A stretch of DNA of 35,499 nucleotides, taken from a virus. Its lineage: Duplodnaviria > Heunggongvirae > Uroviricota > Caudoviricetes. Below, one piece after another: positions 17,034-26,684 of this stretch; positions within the stretch are counted from its first letter, which is position 1; the number at the start of each line of letters is the position of its first letter. The notes under the pieces are model-generated. The model ran no database searches. It saw nothing but the letters and a program-made list of their open reading frames with translations, and was not told where the DNA came from. The stretch is from IMG/VR virus record IMGVR_UViG_2541047894_000004; one strand, written 5' to 3'. A program made the translations under genes and the position numbers.

Positions 17034-17170
17034 TATATGGCTGATTTATAATTGTGAGTTTAATATTATATTGACTCACTCATTGATCCAATACCTAACT
17101 TTACCAGCAACACCTCCGCCCCCAGTAGCACTGGCTGCTGGGGTGCGTTTTATTCATAAAGCAAGGCTGT

Positions 17171-17962
17171 ATGAGCGAGAAATTGAAGATCGTCTATCGC
17201 CCTTTACAAGAACTGTCTCCGTATGCACACAACGCCAGGACACACAGCCCTGAGCAGGTGGCACAACTGGTAGAAAGCATTAAGCAATTCGGCTGGACTA
17301 ATCCGGTGCTGATTGATGAAAAGGGCGAAATTATTGCTGGTCACGGTCGCGTTATGGCGGCTGAAGTGCTCAAAATGGATTCCATTCCGGTCATCGTTCT
17401 GTCTGGTTTGATGGATGATCAGAAAAAGGCGTACCGCCTGGCAGATAATCGCCTGCCGATGAATGCTGGCTGGGATGAAGATCTGTTACGGATGGAGCTG
17501 TCGGACCTAATCAATGCTGATTTTGATGTCTCCCTGACAGGCTTCAGCCCGACAGAAATTGATGAACTGTTGACGGATGTTTTGCCCGGTACAGAAAATG
17601 AGGAGGAGCCGTATACGACGAAAATTGATACGCCTGTTTATGAGCCGTCGGGCGGTAAACCGGATATCAGTGAACTGTACGACGATACGAAAACTCAGGA
17701 GCTGATCAGCCGGATACGTTCGGCGTCTCTTGAGCCTGATATTGAGAAATTCCTCCTGTGTGCGGCAGAACGTCACACGGTGTTTAATTTCAGCAGAATT
17801 GCGGACTATTACGCTCACGCCCCCGCTGAAATTCAGTGTTTTTTCGAGGAGTCGGCGCTGGTGATCATTGATTATCAGCAGGCTATTGAAAATGGATTTG
17901 TCCGGATGACGCAGCGCATGGTGGAGATCATGCATGGTGGTGAGGAGGAGGAATATGCGTGA
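17171..17962 (+). CDS. ParB-like nuclease domain (ParB/Srx fold) protein, 263 aa
   Basis: N-terminal ParB-like motifs (YAHNARTHSPEQV..., GHGRVMAA); acidic C-terminus; located upstream of terminase. Confidence 0.75.
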   Translation: MSEKLKIVYRPLQELSPYAHNARTHSPEQVAQLVESIKQFGWTNPVLIDEKGEIIAGHGRVMAAEVLKMDSIPVIVLSGLMDDQKKAYRLADNRLPMNAGWDEDLLRMELSDLINADFDVSLTGFSPTEIDELLTDVLPGTENEEEPYTTKIDTPVYEPSGGKPDISELYDDTKTQELISRIRSASLEPDIEKFLLCAAERHTVFNFSRIADYYAHAPAEIQCFFEESALVIIDYQQAIENGFVRMTQRMVEIMHGGEEEEYA

Positions 17963-18887
17963 TGATTTTTGCGCCTTTATTCTGACTCACGGGCGACCGG
18001 ACAAAGTTCTGACTTACCGGACGTTGCGTCGTGCTGGCTATACCGGGAAAATTTTTATCGTTGTTGATGATGAAGATAAGACACGGCATCAGTACATGGC
18101 TGAATTTGGTGAACAGGTGCTGGTGTTTTCCAAAGCCGATATCGCCAGTCGTTTTGACGAAGCCGATAATTTCGGTGACCGCCGCTCAATTTTTTACGCC
18201 CGTAATGCCTGTTTCGACCTGGCAAAACTGGTCGGGTGTAAATACTTCATTCAGCTCGATGATGATTATCACGAGTTCCAGTTTCGGGTGGATCGCAACT
18301 ATGACCAGGCCTATTTTCCGATAAGGAAACTGGATGCGATCCTTTCTGAAATGCTGGCGTACTACGAATCAATACCTGCTCTTTCCATCGCTATGTCGCA
18401 GGGCGGGGATTTTCTTGGTGACAATGGCGGCCATGCTTCGTGGGTAAAACGCAAGGCAATGAACAGCTTTATCTGTTCGGTTGACCGACCGTTCTCATTC
18501 ATGGGGCGCATTAACGAGGATGTGAATACGTACACGAATCTCGGTCGCCGTGGTGAATTGTTTATGACGATCGGTGCTGTCCAGTTAGGGCAGAAACAGA
18601 CGCAGAAAAACAGCGGCGGAATGACCGAGCTGTATCTGGATTCCGGAACCTACGTTAAAAGTTTTTACTCCGTCATGTATGCGCCGTCGTGCGTAAAAAT
18701 CTCACTGATGGGAGCCAGCCATAAACGCATTCACCATCAGGTCACCTGGAACAACGCTGCAGTAAAAATCCTTCACGAAAAATACAGGAAGAAGACACCC
18801 TGCATATCAATAGGGGTGACAAATGATTCCGTATTCGAAAGTCGAGTCTCTGGCAGCGTGCCGGATGACTGCACAACAAATCGCTGA
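17955..18887 (+). CDS. Hypothetical protein, about 310 aa, possible GT-A-fold nucleotide-sugar transferase
   Basis: GAGGAGGAGG RBS; KIFIVVDDEDK and QLDDDYHE motifs resemble GT-A DxD signatures; assignment is tentative. Confidence 0.55.
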   Translation: MRDDFCAFILTHGRPDKVLTYRTLRRAGYTGKIFIVVDDEDKTRHQYMAEFGEQVLVFSKADIASRFDEADNFGDRRSIFYARNACFDLAKLVGCKYFIQLDDDYHEFQFRVDRNYDQAYFPIRKLDAILSEMLAYYESIPALSIAMSQGGDFLGDNGGHASWVKRKAMNSFICSVDRPFSFMGRINEDVNTYTNLGRRGELFMTIGAVQLGQKQTQKNSGGMTELYLDSGTYVKSFYSVMYAPSCVKISLMGASHKRIHHQVTWNNAAVKILHEKYRKKTPCISIGVTNDSVFESRVSGSVPDDCTTNR

Positions 18888-19074
18888 CGTTCTGGATGTT
18901 GATCTGAACCGACTGAAAGAAAATCGGGAAGCAATGACAGATTTTTATGCGGCCATCCGTAAGGGCAGAGCGAAAGGTGAAGCCGAGTTACGGGCGGCAT
19001 TGTTTAAGCTTGCCAGAAAAGGGGATGCCTTTGCTCTGCGCGAACTACTCAGGGTGGATAAAAATCAGGACTAA
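18823..19074 (+). CDS. Hypothetical small protein, 83 aa, upstream of terS
   Basis: AGGGG RBS; overlaps the 3' end of the preceding gene by 65 nt; basic C-terminal half. Confidence 0.4.
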   Translation: MIPYSKVESLAACRMTAQQIADVLDVDLNRLKENREAMTDFYAAIRKGRAKGEAELRAALFKLARKGDAFALRELLRVDKNQD

Positions 19075-19077
19075 CTG

Positions 19078-20172
19078 ATGAGCAGACCGGACTGGGGGGC
19101 GTTGCAGCAGGAGTATATTGCTGAATACACCCGCTCCGGTATATCTCCGGTGGCATGGTGTGAAGCAAGGGGACTGAATTACGCAACAGCCCGTCGTTAC
19201 ATCAAAAAACCTCCGAAAAATGCGCAGACAGAAATGCGCAAAACTGCGCAAAAAAGTGCGCAGAAAAAATCTGCGCAGACTGCACAAAAGCGGAACGAAA
19301 AATCTCAGGAAAAAAAGCCAGTATTCGATGCGGGCCTGAATGAGGGCGACGCGGAGGAATTTTCGTTCTGTCCCGATGAATTCGGCATTTCTGACCAGCA
19401 GGCTAAGTTTGCGATGCTTGTTGCTCAGGGGAAAAAGCCGACAGAGGCGTACCGACTAGCCGGTTATGAGGGGCAAGGTGCGACAGCTAACAGCAACGCC
19501 AGTCGTATGCTTAGAAATGCCAGGGTTTTTCGCGCTATCAGCTACTTCCGCAATCAGTACCAGAAACGCTATACCGCAGACCTGGATTTACTGGTGAGTC
19601 AGTTGATGGCCATTGTCCTGGCCGACCCCAATCAGCTTGCACAATTTCGCCGTGTTAACTGCCGTTATTGCTGGGGCGAGAATCATCTCTACCAGTGGCG
19701 CGATATAGCAGAATTCGACAAGGCAGCGGCGCAGGCTTCCAGAGATGGCAAACCCGAACCGGAATATGGAGGCCTCGGCTTTGTTGATAACGCCATACCC
19801 AATCCGGACTGCCCGAAGTGCTGCGGTGAGGGAACGGGACAGCTTTATATGGCTGATACCACTCTGCTTGATGGGGATGCGCGGCAATTATATGCAGGGG
19901 CAAAACTCGGAAAATTCGGCGTTGAGATCCTGCTGGAGGATAAGGCTGCCGCCCGGCGTGAATTGTTGCGTTTGCTTTCTGCTGGTGGGGCTTTATGTGC
20001 AGATAAGCGGCTACAGGAACTGGAAATTGAACGGCGCAGAATGGAAAACCAGAAGCTGCGCAAAGAGATCGAAACGGTGGAAGATAATGAACATCCCCAG
20101 CCTGTGGCGATCAATATTAATGTGGTTGATGCCAGAGTAAGGAGTGATGAAGATGATCTCTCCGACGCTTAA
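19078..20172 (+). CDS. terS: Terminase small subunit candidate, 364 aa
   Basis: Immediately upstream of and overlapping terL; N-terminal HTH-like region; contains an internal TGCGCA repeat array. Confidence 0.65.
   Translation: MSRPDWGALQQEYIAEYTRSGISPVAWCEARGLNYATARRYIKKPPKNAQTEMRKTAQKSAQKKSAQTAQKRNEKSQEKKPVFDAGLNEGDAEEFSFCPDEFGISDQQAKFAMLVAQGKKPTEAYRLAGYEGQGATANSNASRMLRNARVFRAISYFRNQYQKRYTADLDLLVSQLMAIVLADPNQLAQFRRVNCRYCWGENHLYQWRDIAEFDKAAAQASRDGKPEPEYGGLGFVDNAIPNPDCPKCCGEGTGQLYMADTTLLDGDARQLYAGAKLGKFGVEILLEDKAAARRELLRLLSAGGALCADKRLQELEIERRRMENQKLRKEIETVEDNEHPQPVAININVVDARVRSDEDDLSDA
19221..19286 (+). repeat. Array of five TGCGCA hexamers plus one degenerate copy within terS
   Basis: TGCGCA at 19221, 19235, 19245, 19257, 19272 and TGCACA at 19281, spaced 10-15 bp; encodes the low-complexity peptide NAQTEMRKTAQKSAQKKSAQTAQK. 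Confidence 0.6.
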
Positions 20173-21454
20173 TGTGCCTCAGGCGCGATTTCTTTCAATG
20201 CCCCATAAATTTAAAGCCTATATTGCTGGTTTTGGCTCGGGCAAAACATGGGTTGGGTGTGGCGGCATATGCAAGGGGATTTGGGAGCATCCAGGTATAA
20301 ATCAGGGATATTTTGCGCCAACGTATCCCCAAATTCGCGATATTTTTTACCCTACAGTGGAAGAAGTTGCTGCTGACTGGGGATTGAACGTAAAAATTAA
20401 TGAGGGAAATAAAGAGGTTCACTTTTATTACGGACGCCAGTATCGGGGAACCACTATCTGCAGATCGATGGAGAAGCCACAAACGATCGTCGGTTTCAAA
20501 ATTGGTAATGCGCTGGTGGATGAACTGGACATTTTGCCGAAGGAAAAAGCCAGAACGGCGTGGCGCAAGATAATTGCGCGTATGCGTTATAAGATTGATG
20601 GACTTCGCAACGGTATTGACGTTACAACCACGCCGGAAGGATTCAAATTTGTCTACGAGCAGTTTGTTAAAGCCGTGCGTGAAAAAACAGAGCTGGCCTC
20701 ACTGTATGGTCTGGTGCAGGCATCTACTTTCGATAATGAAAAGAACCTGCCAGCAGATTACATTCCTTCGCTTCTTGAATCATACCCTCCAGAGCTGATT
20801 AAAGCCTATCTTCGAGGACAGTTTACTAACCTGACAAGTGGTACTGTTTACCATCAGTTTGACCGGAAACTGAATAATTGCGAAGAAGTGGAGCAGCCAG
20901 GGGAGCCGATTTATATTGGGATGGATTTTAACGTTGGAAAGATGGCGGGGATCGTCCATGTGCTGCGTTTGGGGCTTCCATGTGCGGTAACTGAAATCAT
21001 CAATGCCTACGATACGCCGGATATGATCCGCATCATTAAAGAACGCTTCTGGCTGTATGACGGGAATGATTACCGGAAAGTGAGGGAGATTTATATTTAT
21101 CCAGATGCTTCCGGAGATTCCAGAAAATCAAGTAACGCAAGTACGACGGATATAGCCCAGCTTAAGCAGGCTGGTTTTAACGTTGTGGTGAACAGCTCGA
21201 ACCCGCCAGTAAAAGATCGCGTTAACTCAATGAATGCAATGTTCTGCAATGCCAATGGTGAGCGTCGCTATAAAGTTAATGTGAAGCGTTGTCCGGTATA
21301 TGCCGAATCTCTGGAGCAACAGGTCTGGGATGATAAGGGGGAGCCTGATAAAAAATCTGGCAATGATCACCCGAATGATGCCGGAGGTTATTTCATCGTT
21401 AAGCAATTCCCTATTGTCAAACCGACCGGAAGAGTCACATCACTTCGGATTTAA
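20153..21454 (+). CDS. terL: Terminase large subunit
   Basis: Walker A-like AGFGSGKT near the N-terminus; AAGGAG RBS 8 nt before the ATG at 20153; position between terS and portal. Confidence 0.85.
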   Translation: MISPTLNVPQARFLSMPHKFKAYIAGFGSGKTWVGCGGICKGIWEHPGINQGYFAPTYPQIRDIFYPTVEEVAADWGLNVKINEGNKEVHFYYGRQYRGTTICRSMEKPQTIVGFKIGNALVDELDILPKEKARTAWRKIIARMRYKIDGLRNGIDVTTTPEGFKFVYEQFVKAVREKTELASLYGLVQASTFDNEKNLPADYIPSLLESYPPELIKAYLRGQFTNLTSGTVYHQFDRKLNNCEEVEQPGEPIYIGMDFNVGKMAGIVHVLRLGLPCAVTEIINAYDTPDMIRIIKERFWLYDGNDYRKVREIYIYPDASGDSRKSSNASTTDIAQLKQAGFNVVVNSSNPPVKDRVNSMNAMFCNANGERRYKVNVKRCPVYAESLEQQVWDDKGEPDKKSGNDHPNDAGGYFIVKQFPIVKPTGRVTSLRI

Positions 21455-21456
21455 TT

Positions 21457-22863
21457 ATGGCTGATATATCAACACCCAACCTCGACTATAACGATATGCT
21501 GGAGGCGTGGGATATTAACGACGCATTGATGGGCGGTACGCTTGAAATGCGCAGGCAGGGGGAAAATTATCTCCCCAAATGGCCTAATGAAGATGAAGAC
21601 GCTTATAAAAAACGCCTGTCTGTGGCTACGCTACTTCCTGTGTATGAAGAAAGCATCAAACAAAATATTGGGCGCATATTTGCAGAGCCGACAGTATTGA
21701 GTGAGGAAACGCCGGAAAAAATCAGGGAATATGCAGAAAATATCGACATGGAGGGGAGCCGACTGGATGTGTGGGCGCAGCAATTTTTCAGTCTCGCATT
21801 TCAGTATGGTGTGGCACATGCGCTGGTGGACTATCCACGAACGGATATGAAAGAGATTCGGACAAAAGCCGATGAAAACGCGGCCGGTGGTCGCCCGTAC
21901 GTTACGATGCTGAATCCACGCCAGGTTATTGGATGGAAATCGAAAGTTGAAAAAGGGAAAGTTGTTCTCACTGATTTGCGTATAAAAGAGGTCATCATTA
22001 TTGATGGTGATGATTTCGGGCAGAAGAAGGTGGAGCAGATCCGCCATATTATGCCCCGTCGAGTTGAAATTTATCGACGCAGCGAAGGTACTAATGGCGA
22101 ATCTGTCTGGACGCTTCATGAGTCATGGAATACCAGCCGTGATGATATTCCTCTGGTAACACTGTATACGAAGAAAACAGGGTTTATGCGTGGTACACCG
22201 CCATTGCTTAATCTTGGCTTGCTGAATATCAAGCACTGGCAAAGCCAGAGCGAGCAGGACAATATTCTTCATGTTGCCCGCGTTCCATTGCTGGTGGCCT
22301 ACGGGCTGGACAGGAATGAAGAACTGACGGTTGGTGCATCCACCGCTACGATTTTTGAGGACAGAACAAAAAATGGCCTCGAATATGTTGAACATAGTGG
22401 CGCAGCGATAGAATCTGGCGAAACATCACTTGAGAAGCTGGAAAATCAGATGCGTCATGCCGGCGCTAAACTTCTGCGGGCTGAAAATACATCCACCAAA
22501 TCTGTTGATCAGACTAATGAAGAGCGGATGCAGGAACACTCGCCGCTTTATACAATGGCGAACTCCCTCGAAGATGCCCTCGATAATATTCTCCAGATAA
22601 TGGCGGAATGGAGCGGAGAGAGTTGCGGTGGCAATGTGGATGTGCGCACTGAACTGGATGTATCTGCCCAGGTGTTTGACTCATCCTCCGCGCTGGCTGT
22701 TCAGTCATTGCGTCAGGGCGGTGATATACGTCAGATTGATGCGGTTCGGGTGTTGCAGGCGTTGAAATTTATCGATCAGGATTCCCGTCCAGAGGAAGTG
22801 ATCGATGAATTAAAAAATCAGAGTGTAATGCTGATGGAAATCAATGATGCAAACCGTGAATGA
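21457..22863 (+). CDS. Portal protein, 468 aa
   Basis: Size and position immediately after terL. Confidence 0.8.
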   Translation: MADISTPNLDYNDMLEAWDINDALMGGTLEMRRQGENYLPKWPNEDEDAYKKRLSVATLLPVYEESIKQNIGRIFAEPTVLSEETPEKIREYAENIDMEGSRLDVWAQQFFSLAFQYGVAHALVDYPRTDMKEIRTKADENAAGGRPYVTMLNPRQVIGWKSKVEKGKVVLTDLRIKEVIIIDGDDFGQKKVEQIRHIMPRRVEIYRRSEGTNGESVWTLHESWNTSRDDIPLVTLYTKKTGFMRGTPPLLNLGLLNIKHWQSQSEQDNILHVARVPLLVAYGLDRNEELTVGASTATIFEDRTKNGLEYVEHSGAAIESGETSLEKLENQMRHAGAKLLRAENTSTKSVDQTNEERMQEHSPLYTMANSLEDALDNILQIMAEWSGESCGGNVDVRTELDVSAQVFDSSSALAVQSLRQGGDIRQIDAVRVLQALKFIDQDSRPEEVIDELKNQSVMLMEINDANRE

Positions 22864-23959
22864 ACGGCTGCGTGATGAATCAATTGCTCATGCAGTCTGG
22901 ATATCCCGCTATAGCACTGGTGTGGCTGCCAGAATGGTGAAAATACTGAATGACAGCGATGCGGAGCTTACAGCTCGCCTGCTGGTAGCACTGGACAGCC
23001 TCGATCCTGGTAGTTTTACCGTTACGCGCCTGGAGTCACTTCTGGCGAGTGTCAGAGAGGTTAACCGCGCTGCTATTAACAGCATGTTTACCAGTCTCTC
23101 CGGAGAGCTGAACGAGCTGGCAATTTATGAGGCTGGTTATCAGTTAAGTCTGTTTGATTCTCTGCTACCTGATTTTGTTGCTGATGTTCACCCTCTGGTT
23201 GGTATCTCTTCTGATGCACTTTACGCCGCTGCAATGGCGCGACCATTCCAGGGACGACTGCTCAGTGAGTGGGCCTCAGATCTTGAGGCGGATCGGCTCA
23301 GACGCATAACAAATACGGTGCGTCAGGGTTTTTTGCTGGGGGATACCAATGAGCAGATCGCAAGAAAAATTCGGGGACATGTCAGTAAGGGATTTCAGGA
23401 TGGTGCATTGCAGATGAGCCGGGCTAATGCGGCCAGCATTGCAAAAACAGCGGTTGGACATCTTGCTGCTACTGCTCGTGAGAGTTTTGCACGCGCGAAT
23501 AATGATTTGATTAAGGGTAAGCAATGGTTATCAACGCTTGATAATCGTACTACGCCACAATGTCGAATCAGGGATCGCCTCAAATATACGCTGGATAATA
23601 AACCTGTAGGTCACAGCGTGCCTTATTTGCAGGGGCCGGGAAAAATTCATTTCTGCTGCCGCTCAACGGAAACGTTCATTCTGAAATCAGCGAAGGAACT
23701 GGGTATTGATGTTCGTGATATTTCCCCGGTTGAGCGGGCCAGCATGGATGGCGTGGTGGCCGGAGATACAACCTACAGGGAATGGTTTTTGCGTCAGCCT
23801 TACACCAGACAAAAACAGATTGTGGGGGAAACCCGGGCAAAGCTGATTCGGGATGGTGGTATGTCGCCAGATGAATTTTACACCGATAAAGGCGAATGGC
23901 TGACGCTGAAGCAACTCCGTGAGCGTGATGCACAGGTATTCAGAAAAGCAGGGATTTAA
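22844..23959 (+). CDS. Head morphogenesis / minor capsid protein (Mu gpF-like)
   Basis: Position after portal, overlapping its 3' end; family assignment is from general resemblance only. Confidence 0.65.
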   Translation: MMQTVNERLRDESIAHAVWISRYSTGVAARMVKILNDSDAELTARLLVALDSLDPGSFTVTRLESLLASVREVNRAAINSMFTSLSGELNELAIYEAGYQLSLFDSLLPDFVADVHPLVGISSDALYAAAMARPFQGRLLSEWASDLEADRLRRITNTVRQGFLLGDTNEQIARKIRGHVSKGFQDGALQMSRANAASIAKTAVGHLAATARESFARANNDLIKGKQWLSTLDNRTTPQCRIRDRLKYTLDNKPVGHSVPYLQGPGKIHFCCRSTETFILKSAKELGIDVRDISPVERASMDGVVAGDTTYREWFLRQPYTRQKQIVGETRAKLIRDGGMSPDEFYTDKGEWLTLKQLRERDAQVFRKAGI

Positions 23960-23979
23960 ATAAATCATTTATTACAACA

Positions 23980-24003
23980 GGCTACCTTCGGGTGGCCTTT
24001 TTT
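23980..24003 (+). terminator. Terminator-like hairpin between the head morphogenesis and scaffold genes
   Basis: GGCTACC-ttcg-GGTGGCC followed by T6. Confidence 0.55.
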
Positions 24004-24063
24004 ATTGCTGCGATCCGGATGGTGAGCAGCGTAACTGTCAGAAGACTTAAACCAGGTACTAAT

Positions 24064-24828
24064 ATGAAACTGAAAACGGTCGAGATTAACGGAAAACAAT
24101 ACGCAGAAATTGATACTGCTGGCCTGCCAGTCTATGTGCACGACGATGGTAAAGAAATCGGCTTCGATGCACCGCTGGCGACAAAAAAAATTACAGAGCT
24201 TAATGGCGAGGCAAAAAATCATCGCCTGGCTAAAGAAGCTGCAGAGGAAAAACTGGCTAAGTTTGCCGCTATCGAAGACCCGAAGAAGGCGATTGAGGCA
24301 CTGGAAATGCTGTCAAAAATCGACCAGAAAAAGCTGATCGATGCGGGACAGGTTGACCAGGTTAAGGCAGAAATTACGAAAAATTTTCAGCAGCAATTAG
24401 ATGAAGAAAAGCAACACTCTCAGATGCTGGAGAAGCAGCTTTACGATTCTATGATTGGCGGTAGTTTTGCGGGTTCAAAATATATTGCCGATAAAATTGC
24501 GATCCCGGCAGATTTATTACAAGCCCGCTTCGGACAGGCATTCAAAGTGGAAGAAGGGAAGATCGTTGCTTATGACGCTTCCGGCAACAAAATTTATTCC
24601 CGCGCGAAGCCAGGAGAACTGGCGCAGTTTGATGAGGCGCTGGAGTTCCTCGTCGAAAATTACCCTCAGAAAGACTACATCCTGAAAGCCAGTGGCAACA
24701 ATGGCTGCGGCTCCCGTCCGACACAGCATGATATTGGTCAGAAAACGATGAAACGCTCTGCTTTTGATGCACTGGATGTTGCCGGTAAGCAAAACGCACT
24801 GAAAGACGGTATCACAATCGTTGATTAA
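24064..24828 (+). CDS. Scaffolding protein candidate, 254 aa
   Basis: Acidic, Ala/Glu/Lys-rich, predicted helical; directly upstream of the coat gene. Confidence 0.55.
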   Translation: MKLKTVEINGKQYAEIDTAGLPVYVHDDGKEIGFDAPLATKKITELNGEAKNHRLAKEAAEEKLAKFAAIEDPKKAIEALEMLSKIDQKKLIDAGQVDQVKAEITKNFQQQLDEEKQHSQMLEKQLYDSMIGGSFAGSKYIADKIAIPADLLQARFGQAFKVEEGKIVAYDASGNKIYSRAKPGELAQFDEALEFLVENYPQKDYILKASGNNGCGSRPTQHDIGQKTMKRSAFDALDVAGKQNALKDGITIVD

Positions 24829-24926
24829 TACATTTGCCAGCTTCCGGATGGGAACTGGTGTCAGGGCTGGATAGCTCACTACTCAATCAATTCACAATTA
24901 CGCAAATTTTTAAGGAATATTTAATT

Positions 24927-26066
24927 ATGGCTGGAAATACCCTGACCGGGTTGATCCCGACTATTTACACCGCCCTGGATGTTGTATCCCGTGAGCAGGT
25001 AGGTTTTATCCCTGCGGTAGCAAAAAACGCAAAAGCTGACGCCGCAGCAAAAGATCAGACGGTAACCGCGCCAGTTGCGCCTGAGGCGAGAACCGAAGAT
25101 ATCGTACCGGGGCCGTCAGCTCCGAATACCGGTGATCAAAATATTGGCACTGTTGATGTGAAAATTACTAAATCCAAAATGGCACCGGTTAAATGGAATG
25201 GTGAAGAACAACTGGCTCTTGGCCCTTCAGGGACTTACAACACCATTCTGGCTGATCAGTTCAAGCAGGCTTTTCGCGCCCTTGCAAACGAGGTTGAGGC
25301 TGATCTTGGTGCGTTGTATTTCGGTGCTTCCCGCGCCGTGGGAACCGCAGGGACAACGCCGTTTGGTGTTAAAGATGATCTTTCTGATGCTGCTCTGGCT
25401 CGTCAGGTTCTGGAGGATAACGGCGCACCGACAACCGATCTGCAGATGGTGCTTGGCTCCACTGCCATTGCTAATTTGCGCGGAAAACAGTCTGTACTGT
25501 TTAAAGTGAATGAATCCGGCACTGAACAGCTACTGCGTGAGGGCGTGTTGGGGCGTCTGGAGGGATTCAATATTCACAGTTCGGCAGGTGTAAAACGAGC
25601 GCCAAAGGTTGCTGCAACTGGTTATCTCGTGAATGGCGAGAAAAAAGAAGGCGATGTTCTTATTTCCATTGATACTGGTTCGGGGAGTATTTCTGCAGGT
25701 CAGATTGTTACGTTCGTTGGCGATCCGAATCAGTATGTTGTGGCAGCAGCGACCAGCAATCTGATTACTCTTGCAGCGCCCGGACTGCGTCAGGATCTGG
25801 CCGATGATACTGCAATCACAGTTGTTGGCTCCTTTACTGCAAATATGGCGTTTGATCGCAACGCGTTTCTGCTGGCATCCCGTACTCCGGCAATGCCGGA
25901 AGGTGGCGATAATGCTGATGATGTAATGAATGTTACGGACCCGATTTCAGGGATTACGTTCCAGATTGCACTGTATCGTCAGTATCGCCAGGTGCGCTAT
26001 GAAGTTGGACTGGCATGGGGTGTTTCATCAGTGAAGCCGGCACATGGTTGTCTGATTCTTGGTTAA
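24927..26066 (+). CDS. Major capsid protein, 379 aa
   Basis: AAGGAA RBS; position after the scaffold gene; followed by a strong hairpin. Confidence 0.75.
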   Translation: MAGNTLTGLIPTIYTALDVVSREQVGFIPAVAKNAKADAAAKDQTVTAPVAPEARTEDIVPGPSAPNTGDQNIGTVDVKITKSKMAPVKWNGEEQLALGPSGTYNTILADQFKQAFRALANEVEADLGALYFGASRAVGTAGTTPFGVKDDLSDAALARQVLEDNGAPTTDLQMVLGSTAIANLRGKQSVLFKVNESGTEQLLREGVLGRLEGFNIHSSAGVKRAPKVAATGYLVNGEKKEGDVLISIDTGSGSISAGQIVTFVGDPNQYVVAAATSNLITLAAPGLRQDLADDTAITVVGSFTANMAFDRNAFLLASRTPAMPEGGDNADDVMNVTDPISGITFQIALYRQYRQVRYEVGLAWGVSSVKPAHGCLILG

Positions 26067-26076
26067 ACATTCAAAC

Positions 26077-26096
26077 GGGGCTTCGGCCCCATTTTT
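26077..26096 (+). terminator. Terminator hairpin after the major capsid gene
   Basis: GGGGC-ttcg-GCCCC followed by ATTTTT. Confidence 0.65.
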
Positions 26097-26108
26097 AATG
26101 GAGGGCAT

Positions 26109-26285
26109 ATGGCCGGATTAACTAAAGAGCAAAGAGCACAGCGTGAAGCCGCACAAAAAACGCAAATTGAGTTAGTGGTTATGGTGACCGATTATCAGAT
26201 GTTTCCCGGCGCACCAACTATCGCTAATGTTCATCCTGATGAAGTTGACAACTGGAAAGCTATGGGCTGGAAAACTCAGGAGTAA
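26109..26285 (+). CDS. Hypothetical small protein, 58 aa
   Basis: Hand-translated (MAGLTKEQRAQREAAQKTQIELVVMVTDYQMF...); GGAGGG RBS; fills the gap between coat and connector genes. Confidence 0.4.
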   Translation: MAGLTKEQRAQREAAQKTQIELVVMVTDYQMFPGAPTIANVHPDEVDNWKAMGWKTQE

Positions 26286-26288
26286 CAC

Positions 26289-26684
26289 ATGATCACTTAC
26301 GTGACCTGTGATGACGTTGATAATGCGTTTGGGAACGCCTGGACGAGTGAGAACGCTAAAAATAAAGCTGTTTTAATGGCTAATGCCTGGCTTAATGGCT
26401 TCAACCTGAAAATTAACCCATCCCGTATTCCGGAAGAGGTAAAACTTGCGGGAGCATATGCAGCCAGAATTGCCTCATTCGGTAAGTTGTTTCAGCAGAA
26501 AAATGATTCTGGCGTTGTTATCAGTAAAGCCGTGTCGGCTGACGGGGTCAGTGTATCGAAATCATTTGCTGAGTTGCCAGCAAACAGCACTGCATTGCTT
26601 GAACCCGATTTACAGCTTGCGATAGCACTGCTGAAACCGTACGGACTTAGTCGCTCACAAGTCAGGGTTGTGAGGGGGGGATAA
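26289..26684 (+). CDS. Head-tail connector / head completion protein candidate
   Basis: Position and size within a tightly coupled run of head-tail joining genes. Confidence 0.5.
   Translation: MITYVTCDDVDNAFGNAWTSENAKNKAVLMANAWLNGFNLKINPSRIPEEVKLAGAYAARIASFGKLFQQKNDSGVVISKAVSADGVSVSKSFAELPANSTALLEPDLQLAIALLKPYGLSRSQVRVVRGG

Noticed and set aside
24110-24879. Several overlapping ORFs (24110-24337, 24455-24685, 24517-24879, 24542-24799) within the scaffold gene
   Set aside because: Alternative frames of the scaffold CDS, with Arg/Lys/Ser-rich low-complexity products; none has an RBS.
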